DNA of 64,000 nucleotides from Octopus vulgaris (lineage: Eukaryota): NCBI GenBank assembly GCA_951406725.2, contig OX597831.1:38006001-38070000 (forward strand). The letters run 5' to 3'. The notes below the pieces were generated by a model. It searched no databases. It saw only the letters and a program-made list of their open reading frames with translations, and was not told the origin of the DNA. A program made the translations under genes and the position numbers. This document shows positions 1 to 11,941 of the stretch, piece after piece; position 1 is the stretch's first letter, and each line of letters begins with the position of its first letter.

Positions 1-224
1 ATTTTCTTTAGTCATACTGCGGAGATCGCTTTAAGCTTATAAAATACTATTATCATTATTTACAGAATTGTAAAATTCGAAACCGCTTAAAAAGATCATC
101 ACACACAAACATATGCATATATATATATGAGAATACTATAATTAAACTTACGACTGCGAATTGAGAGAGATTTCATCATACTGGGCAAAGCTCATTTGCA
201 TTTTTTTAATAAAAAATATAGTGG

Positions 225-680
225 GCGTGCGGAATCGTTTGCACGCCGTACAAAATGTTTAGCGTCACTTCGTCCATATTTACATTCTGAGAAGGCGGTG
301 AGCTGGCAGAAACGTTAGCACGTCGGGCGAAATGCGTAGCCGTATTTCGTCTGCCGTTACGTTCTGAGTTCAAATTCCGCCGAGGTCGACTTTGCCTTTC
401 ATCCTTTCGGGGTCGATAAATTAAGTACCAGTTACGCACTGGGGTCGATATAATCGACTTAATCCGTTTGTCTGTCCTTGTTTGTCCCCTCTGTGTTTAG
501 CCCCTTGTGGGTAGTAAAGAAATACATATTTACATTCTGAGTTCAGATTCCACCGAGTTCGATTTTGCCTTTCATCCTTTCGGGGTCGATTAAAATAAGA
601 ACCAGTTGATCACGGACATCGATATAAGTGTTTTATCCCATTCCCACCCCAAAATTTGTGCCAAAACTTGAAACTTATAA
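225..680 (+). mobile_element. Older tRNA-derived SINE (family A), interrupted by a younger SINE at 292-524
   Basis: Degenerate head at ~225-291 resumes at 525 with a B-box-like GAGTTCAGATTCC and the central GCCTTTCATCCTTTCGGGGTCGAT motif found in about 10 other copies in the window. Confidence 0.75.
292..524 (+). mobile_element. Young family A SINE with a Tx1-like 3' tail and a 17-bp target-site duplication
   Basis: Head AGGCGGTGAGCTGGCAGAA, B-box GAGTTCAAATTCC, central GCCTTTCATCCTTTCGGGGTCGATAAA; flanked by CATATTTACATTCTGAG at 275-291 and 525-541. Confidence 0.9.
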
Positions 681-914
681 TTAACACAAGCGTCTAATTA
701 ATTACTGATCTTAATTTCGCACATCCGTTGCAAATATATCATAGACTTTGAAATGGACATTAGTTTACATATACTAACCCTTCCCTTGAAATCGCGGGCC
801 ATGTAGCACAATTTGAAACCAATATTATGACCAAATATCTATTAATTAATAATCTAATTTCGCACATTTTTGTTAATATTCTGACTCCGAGATAGGCATT
901 TTATTTACATATAC
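659..914. repeat. Old diverged tandem duplication (~659-775 and ~803-914)
   Basis: Shared blocks TTGAAAC, TAATTTCGCACAT and TTTACATATAC occur in the same order in both units. Confidence 0.55.
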
Positions 915-2235
915 CAAGACATTTGTAAATGACAACGATTGTATATAGATAACAGCATTTCATATAACAGTGGGAGGAAACAATTCTGATATAATTATCT
1001 GTGATACAATTATCCATGATGGTGGTATGTATTTGCTATATCACTTACAAACAACGCTCACATTGTCTTCAGAAATGATGGGCATTTTTTTACAAATTCT
1101 GTAATCCTAGCACGTCTGGCACAATTAGGGAAAAGAAATATCTTTTAGAATTATCACTAGCGTAGTAATCAATATAAACAAAGCAAAATATCATGAATCT
1201 CACTTTAATTCAACTAAGTACTTGTGAAGAAACTGAAGCATGTAACAAAATAATTAAAAATCCTAGAAACTGTATTATTCAGTGAGAGAAGCTTATTTTT
1301 CTTAGACCATCAAAAAAATTTGTCAATGAGTTAAGTCATACTCTCATAATGAGTCTTTCAGGTAATGAAGATCTGCAAGTAGTTTTGAGCAGAAAATCTG
1401 ATATATAAAACATATAGATTATACACTCTCTTGCCACTAATATAACAACAGGAAAAGAAATATTAATCAATATAATTCTTGTTTCACTAGAACTTTAATC
1501 ACACCAGAAGCTAAATATCTTATGTCAAATTACTCGAGTAATGTTCCAGTTAGATCCTTCGATATTTAGATCCTACTTTATATAGCTGTATGTGATTTGC
1601 TTCGGGAACGTTTCAAATAGATAATCATTTCACAACGAGTGAGATATCTTGACAGTATTAATACTAAATTCACTCAAACTAAAAACAGTCACATGCCTGT
1701 AAGGTTTTGTAGATACACCTATTTAACACTAATTTCTTATTGCTTATTGTTGAAATATTGTAGATATTCATTTATTTCTTGAAATATTATAGACTATGAG
1801 GTGTTGATGAATTAGGAGCTAACACCGTTTTTGCAATGGCTATGCATATACACTGAATGCTATATAATTCATATCTTTACGAAAATCGGAATATTTATTG
1901 AGGCTTCTGTAAATTACTTTTAACACTGCCTTCATTCTTAACAGGAAAATTACTTTTTTTACTATATTGACTAACTGAGATGAAATATTTGACTTTCATG
2001 TAATTGCTTTCACTAAGCATTTGTTCATGAACGAAACGACACCAAAACAGTTACTCAGTACTACTTGGCTGTTTTTAATGGTAATCTGACAGGTAATTTG
2101 ACGTTTATACATTCATATATTACCGATTATTTTCATGCGGTTATAACTTTATCACGATGTCGGATTCGCTGAAAAAAAAAACCCTTTGAGAATTATTACT
2201 TCTTATGAAATGATGAATTTTTATTCTCGTTGTGA

Positions 2236-2480
2236 AGACGCGTGGCTAAGTGTTTAGGGTTTTGCACTCACGGTCTAGCGAGGTTGTATTCTTCAGCAAA
2301 ACACTTTATTTCACGTAAGTAGGTAACCCTGCAACGGACTAGCCTTCCAGTAGGGGAGTATGTTTGTCCGCTCGCCAAGCCTGCAAGGTGGACATCATTC
2401 GAAAAATAAAATGATGGAAAACGCATTGTAACCACCGATATATAACAACATCGACCATCTGGTCCATCACGTGATCACGT
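2236..2480 (+). mobile_element. Degenerate tRNA-headed SINE (family C variant)
   Basis: Similar to 61697-61945 (GCAAAACACTT..TTTCAC; CTCGCCA.GCC; AACAACAT; CACGTGATCACGT end). Confidence 0.6.
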
Positions 2481-2934
2481 AAAATTAAACCTCTTTTATA
2501 TATGAGAATTCTATTGTAAGTTGGAGTTAATGAGGAAAAAATAACGTGATATTAGATATTTATTGAGTCTTGGAAGACAGACATTTTTGCAGTAAAGGCG
2601 CCTTTTTTTTTATGTGCTTGCTACATTGCAGGGTTAATATCCAAAAGTATGTTGGATATTTTTCTATCGATATGATTAGAATCAGTGTCATTATATTTGA
2701 ATAATGGCTAGGAATGTACTTAATCAGAAACGCAGGCATTCGCACACTCACACGCACTCACAAGTACACACACACGCACACATACACACACGTACATATG
2801 TGTACATACATGTGTCTTAATTAGAACCAGCACCACCTAAAAATATACTTTCGAATGACAATACATATATACACATGTGTATAAGTATATAAGCATACAT
2901 ATATATATGTGTGTGTATGTGTGCGCGCGCGCTC

Positions 2935-3248
2935 GTGAAGGTGCGTAGATCAGTGGTTTGGATACGCAGTTCACAAACCTAAGGTTGCGAGTTCAATTCC
3001 CGGCGAGGCGTTGTGTCCCTGAGCAAGATACTATATTTTCACATTGTTCCAGTCCACTCAGCTGCCAAAAATGTATTTCAAAGGGCCAGCCTTGTCACAT
3101 TCCATGCCACGCTGACTCTCCCATAGAACTGCTTTAAGGGTACGTGTGTCTGTGAAGTGCTCAACCACCTGCACGTTAATTCCACGAGCAGGCTGTTCCA
3201 TCGACCGGATCAATTGAGACCCTCATCGTCATAACCGACGGAGTGCTC
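2935..3248 (+). mobile_element. tRNA-headed SINE (family C)
   Basis: A-box-like head, B-box GAGTTCAATTCC, TTGTGTCCCTGAGCAAGA; its 3' part (CACGAGCAGGCTGTTCC...TAACCGACGG) is shared with 13893-14240. Confidence 0.8.
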
Positions 3249-3256
3249 CTATATAT

Positions 3257-3505
3257 ATATAATTAGTGAATGGAAGAAATGGAGTTGAACGAGGATTGCA
3301 CAGAAGTATGTGCAATCTTCGTTCAACTCCATTTCTTCCATTCACTAATTATATTAAACTTCAATTATCCGCACCAACGCACGGTTGCAACACCATATGG
3401 TCATATCTCCAACCGTGTTTTTTCTGCTGTGATTTTTGCTACCCAGGTATCGGTAAAACTTTTGAATAATCCGTAACAAGATAATTCATCTTTCCATTTC
3501 AACAA
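3257..3505 (+). mobile_element. Short PLE 3' tail with a fold-back 5' end, same family as 55844-57523
   Basis: 46-bp inverted arms at 3257-3302 and 3309-3354 with a 6-nt loop; 3315-3490 aligns with 57349-57515 (ATCTTCGTTC.ACTCCATT, CAACCGT, TTTGCTACC.AGGT.TCGGT.AAAC); (TA)n on both sides. Confidence 0.75.
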
Positions 3506-3509
3506 AACA

Positions 3510-3556
<47 letters not shown>

Positions 3557-3601
3557 TGTGTGTGTGTGTGCGCGTGTATACATTACGTGCTTGCATGTAT
3601 G

Positions 3602-3706
<105 letters not shown>

Positions 3707-3722
3707 ATGTATATGTATGTAC

Positions 3723-4021
3723 AATCAAAATAAACAACAAGGATATCCAAAAGTAATGCAGTACGATCGTTTTACGCAAGTACATTTAATTGAACAATGC
3801 AATCATTACATCAATTTAATTGCTCTGCTTTTAATTTATAGTAATGTTTGTATTGTTAAATTAAATGGAGTTGCGTAAAACGATCCTACTGCATTACTTC
3901 TGGATTTCCTATTTGCGTATTTTGATTCTAATCACCTTATTTTCAGATTCTATGGATAATACCTTACTAAATTCTGGTGCCTCAACTTAAGTATCATATT
4001 TATCTGAATCTAAATTTTTGC
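3723..4021 (+). mobile_element. Repeat tail with an inverted 5' duplication (probable PLE terminal repeat)
   Basis: Imperfect ~87-bp inverted arms at 3723-3809 and 3841-3927; 3917-4021 recurs as the reverse complement at 41621-41722. Confidence 0.65.
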
Positions 4022-4039
4022 TTCCTTCCCTCTCAGTAT

Positions 4040-4185
4040 AATTCCTCTTATTCCTTTCTGTTTAAGAGCGTAAGCTCGAAACGTAAAAGACTTTTTCATA
4101 TTTCCAGCGCATCAAACTAATAGACTTGTTTATTGTTCACAGACTTGTCTTCGTCTGTTGTTTTACTGAAAATTTCAACCATTTA
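4040..4185 (+). mobile_element. Repeat bearing an HHR-like motif (family H), degenerate copy
   Basis: TTTCTGTTTAAGAGCGTAAGCTCGAAACGTAAAAG; homologous to 5053-5245, 32385-32585 and 57548-57760. Confidence 0.7.
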
Positions 4186-4189
4186 TATA

Positions 4190-4234
<45 letters not shown>

Positions 4235-4976
4235 CAGAGACGACTCCAGGTCATCAGCGTCACTTGAGCTCATCACGACACATGCTTGCGCGAAGAATTT
4301 CATTTTTCCACTTTATTTGTTGCCCCAAATAGTAAATTCTTTTTTCATATCTATCACTATGTCTTTCTCCATGTCTAAGTTATGGTAAAAATAAAGCAAC
4401 CTTGCAAGACACCACTTATCTTTACACAAAAACGCACAATATAACAGCAATGAAATAACGACAGCGGAGTGTGTAACAACCACCAGCAGTTTGACTGTCA
4501 CTTATACGCTTCACAAGAGATGCCAGTTTGTCTTTTACACCTACCTGGCTCGTTTGTATTAGCCCGAGTTTTTGCATAATTTTTCGTTCGTTTAAGAATA
4601 TTGTAGAAAAGAAATTTTTCATTGATATATTTATTGTTTCAAGAAAATATTAAATTTGAATTACTTTTAATTTTTACGATTATAGATAGCAGCTCGGTCT
4701 CTAACGTCTGAGGCCTAGTCCGCCGCATGTGAACGATATTGAGAGAACGTCTGCTACGAATGATATTTTTTGACACAGGGCATATCTAAGACAAAATCCA
4801 GACGCTGAATGAAAATAAATGAACTGCGACCAGGTTCAATAACGGGAGCCCGAGTAATTGGATGCAATTACATACCTTAAGTCAGTGTTGAAATTAAATT
4901 AGCTTGCAAATACACGTTCACTTTACTAAATTTATATTTGGGCTAAGTCCGAACAGCCCAACTGCCGCCGTCGCCA

Positions 4977-5052
<76 letters not shown>

Positions 5053-5054
<2 letters not shown>

Positions 5055-5245
5055 GGGAGAGTTTACGAAAAAAAACAAAAGACGAGGACAGGTGGTTTAC
5101 AAAGCAAACAGGTGTATTAGTATAACGCTCAGGAATAGAAAAAGTCTTTTACGTTTCGAGCCTACGCTCTTCTACAGAAAGGGACACAGAAAAAACAATG
5201 GGAGAAACAAGGAAAGAAAAAAATGTTTGTAGTGGCTAACGATGT
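5053..5245 (-). mobile_element. Repeat bearing an HHR-like motif (family H), probable PLE terminal repeat abutting (TA)n
   Basis: Minus strand reads TTT-CTGTAGA-A-GAGC(GTAG)GCTC-GAAA-CG-TA-AAA at 5146-5182; 3' end abuts (TA)n at ~4980-5052. Confidence 0.75.
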
Positions 5246-5485
5246 GTATGTGTGTATGTGTGTGTGTGTTTGTGTGTGTATGTGTATTTATTATTAATTT
5301 ATGTATTTCTGCATTTATTGTATGTAAACACCTAAAGATTATATTATTTAGAAGTATGCATTTACACGTGCTCATTTTTGGTTTTAACTTTTTACTTTTG
5401 CGTTTCCAATCTTCCTATAGTAGCATCCTGTGTCATACCTGTTGCCCCTTATATCTTCTCTCCGAACCTCTCCTTTTTACACCTA

Positions 5486-5518
<33 letters not shown>

Positions 5519-6138
5519 CTCTACTTTCCTTTTATCCAAAATATACATGTATTCTCTCCTTATCAACGTTGGGGAAACTGATGTCATAATGTCTCTATTC
5601 AATTTACTAATACATATTCAATAATGAATAAAATAAATCAAACAAAAAGTGATTGTTTCTCACTTCACTTACATATTAACAATAATCGTAATAAAAATCA
5701 GCATTATTTTTATCATGACTATCGTAATGATGTCTCTCTCATAATATTAATAATAATCATCTAGACTACCAGCTCCATTAACAAAATTAATATCGCCATC
5801 ATTATCATCATTAGTGTCTTCAGCAAGCCTATCGTCACCACCATCCCATCACCACTGTAAACATGTCTATTTTTGGTGTTGTTTTGTATCGTAAGTAATT
5901 ATTATTGCGCTAGTTATTATCGTTATTATTTATATTTATCAGTAGTAAACGTGATTTTCGAGTAATACGAAAGACGCATTAATTTACAAATTGGATTGTT
6001 ATTTTATTTTATATAAGTGAACCTATTTTTGTGCTGCTGTTTTATTCTGTTCGTCTGGTAGAGAGAGAAAAGAGACTTAACTTTCGATTTTTTTTCTTCT
6101 TGGTGTTTGCTGTCTGTCTATTTAAAAAACAATTGCAG

Positions 6139-6197
6139 ACATGTCATTTAGTGAGCAGGCAAAAGGAATTATGCCGTCGCAGCATTGGTGGCCAAAC
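6139..6197 (+). CDS. Candidate 59-nt micro-exon (DMSFSEQAKGIMPSQHWWPN) of an unknown host gene
   Basis: TTGCAG acceptor with an upstream pyrimidine tract, GTAGGT donor, open frame, non-repetitive context; no homology recognised. Confidence 0.25.
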
Positions 6198-7881
6198 GTA
6201 GGTTTCCTAAAATAAATCAGGCTGACTTAAACAAAATTATAATAGAAAGGAGAAAAAATATATTTGCGTAAGTAAAGGAAATGCGAGTTGGAAATACAGA
6301 CTCCTATGCCAAAAAATAAAATAAAATAAGAACAATTGCGATATACAAGTTAATGTTTTCAAAATTGGTTTGCTAGCATAGTTAGCCAAAAAGAAAGACT
6401 GAATACTGACCGACTCACAAAAGAAAGAATAACGTGAAAAATCTGTAATACAAGCAACCGTGTTTTTTTTGTTTACTGCTGAATGCATTTAAATTGCAAG
6501 CTATCAGAATAGAATTGACTGGATTTAGTCAATCAGTAGCTATAGAAACACTAGATTAGAACGGTAACTCGTTAGACGAAGAAGTGCCGTAGAAGGCATT
6601 CAACCAGTTCTATAACGCAAAATTTCAAATTACGTATTCTAAAACACTTGGGACCAAACGCCGTTCTCTGGATCCAGTTGGTGGGCATGATTTAGAAAAA
6701 AATCGAATAGGTTACTAAACCTATGAATGAATGATATTCGATTCTAAGCATTTGAATGCAGCTTTCCAGCGGTATTTTACTAATCTGTTCGATTGTCACT
6801 AGGACTGAAATTGGTAGGCATCAATACATATTTATAAAGATTTTAATATTTTCGCCTAGATTCTCACAAAGCGGCATGCATTTGTAAACGATAAAATGTG
6901 AGAAACGTACCTTCTTATGCAATTCCTGGGGAGATTTAACCAAGAAATCAACTACTTCAAACGATATACCTAACTGATTGCAAGAAATAAACCTCTCATC
7001 CGTGGTTGGATTAGTGGCGGTCAATTCCAATATTTACAAGCAATATGTCAAAGCTTCCGTGAGGGCAGTTGGCTTCGATACAATTTGTAGAGGGCAAATG
7101 TCGTATGTGGAACGGCTGATATCTTTCTCGAATGTATCAAAGAACAAACTCGATCCGGTGAGAATGTCATTTCCCAACGCAACAGAAAGTCTTGCCTCTT
7201 CATTCATTACTATGGAAGCTAGAGGCTTTGGAATAATCTAAGGATTTCAATATCATTGTCTTTGTACACATAAAAAAATGAAAAATTTGACGCTAAATTG
7301 AAGAGGTTCCTACCTCAGCAGGAGAGTTTTTAAACAGAGCGAAAATGTGATTGAGTATCTTCTCACATTAAGAGTTGAGTCTACCTATGATGACAATGAT
7401 ATAAACTGTGTTGTGTTTTACTCGAACGATGATATTGTTCAATGTTTTACTTTTTTGTTTCTTCTTGAGGTATGGTTTGGTCCAGAAATTCTAAGAAATT
7501 GGTATTGAGATGAAATTAAGAGTTACAGGATCTATAATCAATTGCATTCTGAAATTGTTTGTTCTTCGTTTTCAAGATATGGAGGAAAACATTATTCATT
7601 GTTCTCCTCCCACACGCTCACAAATACAGACACACAAACATACATACACACATGTACATATACGCACATATTCATATATATATACATATATACATATATA
7701 CATATATATATACATATATGCATACACATATATATACATATGTATGTATGTGTGTATATATATATCCCATATATACATATATACATATATACATACATAC
7801 ATATATATATACATATGTATTTATTTATATATATATATATGTATATATATACATATATATATATACATATGTATGTATGTG

Positions 7882-7982
<101 letters not shown>

Positions 7983-8471
7983 TTATAGAAGTGGGGTTTT
8001 CGCTACAATTTCTAGTTTATGACAAAATTTTGATTAATTAGCCTTGTAGATGTCAGACATTGATAGCAACATCAAACGCTGAGGAATAGAAATTCTTAAT
8101 CAGTTTCGAAGAGAGTATGTTAGGTCATTTCCCATTCCCGTTTGGTGAGATAAAGTTTTTGAATGCGAAAAACTTTATCTCTCTGACTGCAACAATGCGA
8201 CACATTTCTTCAAAACCTCTGCACTAGAACTTACCTTACAGACATGATTGCATTAAATATACTGGCGTTGATGATTAATCATTATGTTTTGAGTGTAAAC
8301 ATATATAAATTACGTTTTGTAAACAGCCGTCACCCCTTGGATTTGCAACCAATCAGTCATATAAAAGAGTGGAGAGACTGAAGTCATATAACAAACATTC
8401 AGATGGCTGCCATTTCTGACTTATACGTTTGCTCATCATAGCTTACCTCTCGTTCATTTTCTTCAGTTTTT

Positions 8472-8535
8472 TTTTTCAATTATCCATTTTTTCTGATTTC
8501 TCGTTTCTTTCAGACAATCTGCTAGAATTTCTTAT

Positions 8536-8598
<63 letters not shown>

Positions 8599-8994
8599 AA
8601 TATACACACACAAACACACACACACATATATGTATAACATAACGAAGGTGACTATAAAGTAATGGGTGCTCACCTCAATGCCTGATGCATCTGGACACAT
8701 CTTCAGTGATGTACCTAGTATCATCGGGTGTTTCCAGTCTTTCAGCATCATATATCCTCCACAGGTGATCCAACTGTGCCTGATTAGATGCCAGCTTGTG
8801 TCCAGATGACCAACTATCTACCTTATGTCTCTCCTCTTTTGAGTTAACCATTTTGAGGCCCTCTCTGCCGCATCGGTGGCACTACGGATTACCTTCCTCC
8901 TTCTCACTCCCTCGATACCCAAACTACTGAAGAAATTTTTCCATTATCCGTTTTTTTCTGATTTCTCGTTTCTTTCAGACAACCTGCTATAATT

Positions 8995-9065
<71 letters not shown>

Positions 9066-9127
9066 CACACACACACAAACATACACATATATATATCTAT
9101 AACATAACGAAGGCGATTATAAAGTAA
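8472..9127. repeat. ~190-bp direct duplication (8472-8662 and 8936-9127) flanking the Hero-like insert
   Basis: TTATCC..TTTTTCTGATTTCTCGTTTCTTTCAGACAA.CTGCTA.AATTTCTTA, a (CA)n tract, then TATAACATAACGAAGG.GA.TATAAAGTAA; present twice. Confidence 0.9.
8663..8935 (-). mobile_element. 5'-truncated Hero-like (RLE-type) non-LTR retrotransposon: ORF end plus 3' UTR
   Basis: Minus strand translates FSSLGIEGVRRRKVIRSATDAAERASKWLTQKR*, matching the LGI.G..RRK...AE.AS.WL..KR C-terminus of Hero-type ORFs; followed by a UTR with CTGGACACAAGC...GAAACACCC...CATCACTGAAGATGTGTCC. Confidence 0.7.
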
Positions 9128-9976
9128 GTATATAAATGTGTGTGTTTGTATGAATGTATGTGTGTGTATATCTATAAATATGTGTGTGTGTGTTTGTATG
9201 TATGTACATATATATATATATATGTAATATATACATATATGTACGTAGATTTACATTTATGCACACACATACATGCATATATATGCCTCTGTGTCTGTCT
9301 GTCTTCATGTGTATACGTGTGTGTGCATGTGTGTGTTTTTGTCGGTGTGTGTGTGTGTGTGTGTGGTTCCCTGTCCGTATTTCCTACGTACCTCTCTACC
9401 TACTTACCTATGTACCTATCTGATAGATACATAGATACGACAACCAAGTTGTAGGGGACGGGTAAGATGATCCCATCGACATCAGAACAAAAAACGTGAA
9501 GCTCAAAGTTCACGGAAACGTGAGGCTGAAGCTCAGAGTTGAACACAGTAGGATTTGAACTCAGAATTTGTAGTACAGGAACAAATATGGCAACGACCTC
9601 ATGATTCTACTCGCCGACTTACATTATACAAGACATAACTGATGACCTTGATAATGAAATTCAATTATATACACAGTGCAAATAACCATGCATATACTGA
9701 AATATATTAACCATAGTGCAAGTTAGTAACACTGCGTATACACAGATCAAAGAAAAGCTATGTAAGTACAAATATTGTGCACATGCAACCGTTTAGACGA
9801 GTGCAGGTACGTTTTGCTTTATTCTAAATCATTTCCACACTCGTCAGATTCTTTATAGGTATGAGTGTAAATGTGTCCATTTTCCCTGTCTATCTCTCTT
9901 ACCATACATTTATAAACATGTACACACACACAGATATATATATATATAAATATATATACACACAAATATAAATATA

Positions 9977-10027
<51 letters not shown>

Positions 10028-10200
10028 ATTTGTATGTATCTCTATATATATATGTGTATCTTTGTGTGTGTGTGTACGTACGCGGATGTATTATGTGGAT
10101 GGTATTGTATGCAAGTATGTATCTCTCTCCCTATATATATATTGAAGTATAGAATATTTCACTATATAAGTATGAAATCTCTCTTACTCTCTCTCTCTCC

Positions 10201-10252
<52 letters not shown>

Positions 10253-10276
10253 GTATATATATACATACACACACAT

Positions 10277-10315
<39 letters not shown>

Positions 10316-11211
10316 ACCACTCAGAGACACACCAGTATATACGCATATGTGCATATAAATGCGTGTGTATAAAGATGTATCAATTTCACATGTATTTGTG
10401 CGTATATTTCTAATATCTATACATGTTTGTGTTTGTGCACGTATGTGCGCAGGTATATATGTTTTTCTGTATGTATGAAAGTGTATATTTTGTATGTTTA
10501 TGCATGTTTATATATCAACATCATTCTCGTACATTCTAGTACTTGTACAATCGTAATAATCCTACGCGCTCTGCAAAATTCCTTCCAGGGCTTAAAGTAA
10601 TAATGGTAATAAAATAATAAAAAAAAACATATAAGAATTCTCAGCATTTGCACTTAGAATTTTGTATAAACATTGAATAATCACTATTTTGTGCAGTAGG
10701 TAGTTTTGATGATAAACAAAGTAAAAATTTGAAAAAAAGGAATCAGAACAATGTATAAGAAAAAAAAATAATAAAACGTACATTAAACAACATTCTTGGT
10801 AGTTTTATGCTGTACTTGACAATAAAGCAATTTGAAATAGTAAGGTTCAACAAGTTTAAAACAGATTTCGAAATAATACGTCGTTTACCTTTGAAAGCTT
10901 TATTGAACGTTTGGTTGAATGGATGTATGAATGTATATGTTAAAAGTGTGTGTGTGCTTGAATGTACCCATGCATGTAGGCCTGGGTAGATGTATACACG
11001 TAAGCATAGATATCTTGCTACATATATTGATGTCTATACATATTAATCTATATCTATCTGTTTATGCGTCTGTCTCTCAGCCTATCTGTATATCTATCTA
11101 TATGTGTCTACTTATCTATATATATATTTGTCTGACTGTCTGTCTATCTCTCAGTCTCTCTGTGTATATGTGTGTATACGTACGTGTACATGTGTGTGTC
11201 AATAGAGAGAC

Positions 11212-11319
11212 AGATAGATAGATAGAGAGAGAGAGAGAGACATAGATAGATAGATAGATAGATAGTTAGATAGATAGATTGATTGATTGATAGATAGATA
11301 GAGAGAGAAAAATAGATAG

Positions 11320-11395
<76 letters not shown>
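11212..11395. repeat. (GATA)n microsatellite
   Basis: Direct inspection. Confidence 0.95.
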
Positions 11396-11396
<1 letters not shown>

Positions 11397-11437
11397 CATA
11401 ATGATTAACGGATAGCTAGATATACATTTACCCACTG

Positions 11438-11512
<75 letters not shown>

Positions 11513-11867
11513 CATATATGTATATATACGTGTATCTGTGAGTGTCCGTGTGCACGTGGGTGTCTGTGTGGGTGTGAGTGTGAGTGGTGTTAACCAACAT
11601 ATACACAGAAACATAGTTTCTAAACACTGACACACACATATACATACATACATACATACATACATACGAATCAATACTCAATAACTTTAATCACCTTCCT
11701 GATCGATCAGGGCCGATGTGCAGATGAGCAACGACAATAAAATAGCTGAAAGCAAGACCAGAATAACTACATATTTAAATAACTCATTTTATTGCTTTAA
11801 TATCAACCAAGCTTCAGAGTCACGTAGTATGCCATATCCAGTCTATGTTAGCGAACACACAATGCGA

Positions 11868-11941
<74 letters not shown>

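Noticed and set aside
292-390. tRNA gene
   Set aside because: The A/B-box-like head belongs to a multicopy SINE and no full cloverleaf is evident
206-439. ORFs MRNWYLIYRPRK... here and at 12898-13104 looked like a duplicated small gene
   Set aside because: Both are antisense readings of family A SINEs
949-1700. Partly open plus-strand frames, one stretch (HIVFRNDGHFFTNS...GKRNIF) faintly like a KilA-N domain; a minus-strand start faintly like a protocadherin signal peptide
   Set aside because: Multiple stops and frameshifts, no diagnostic motif (no cadherin DxNDxxP), and similarity too weak to support by eye
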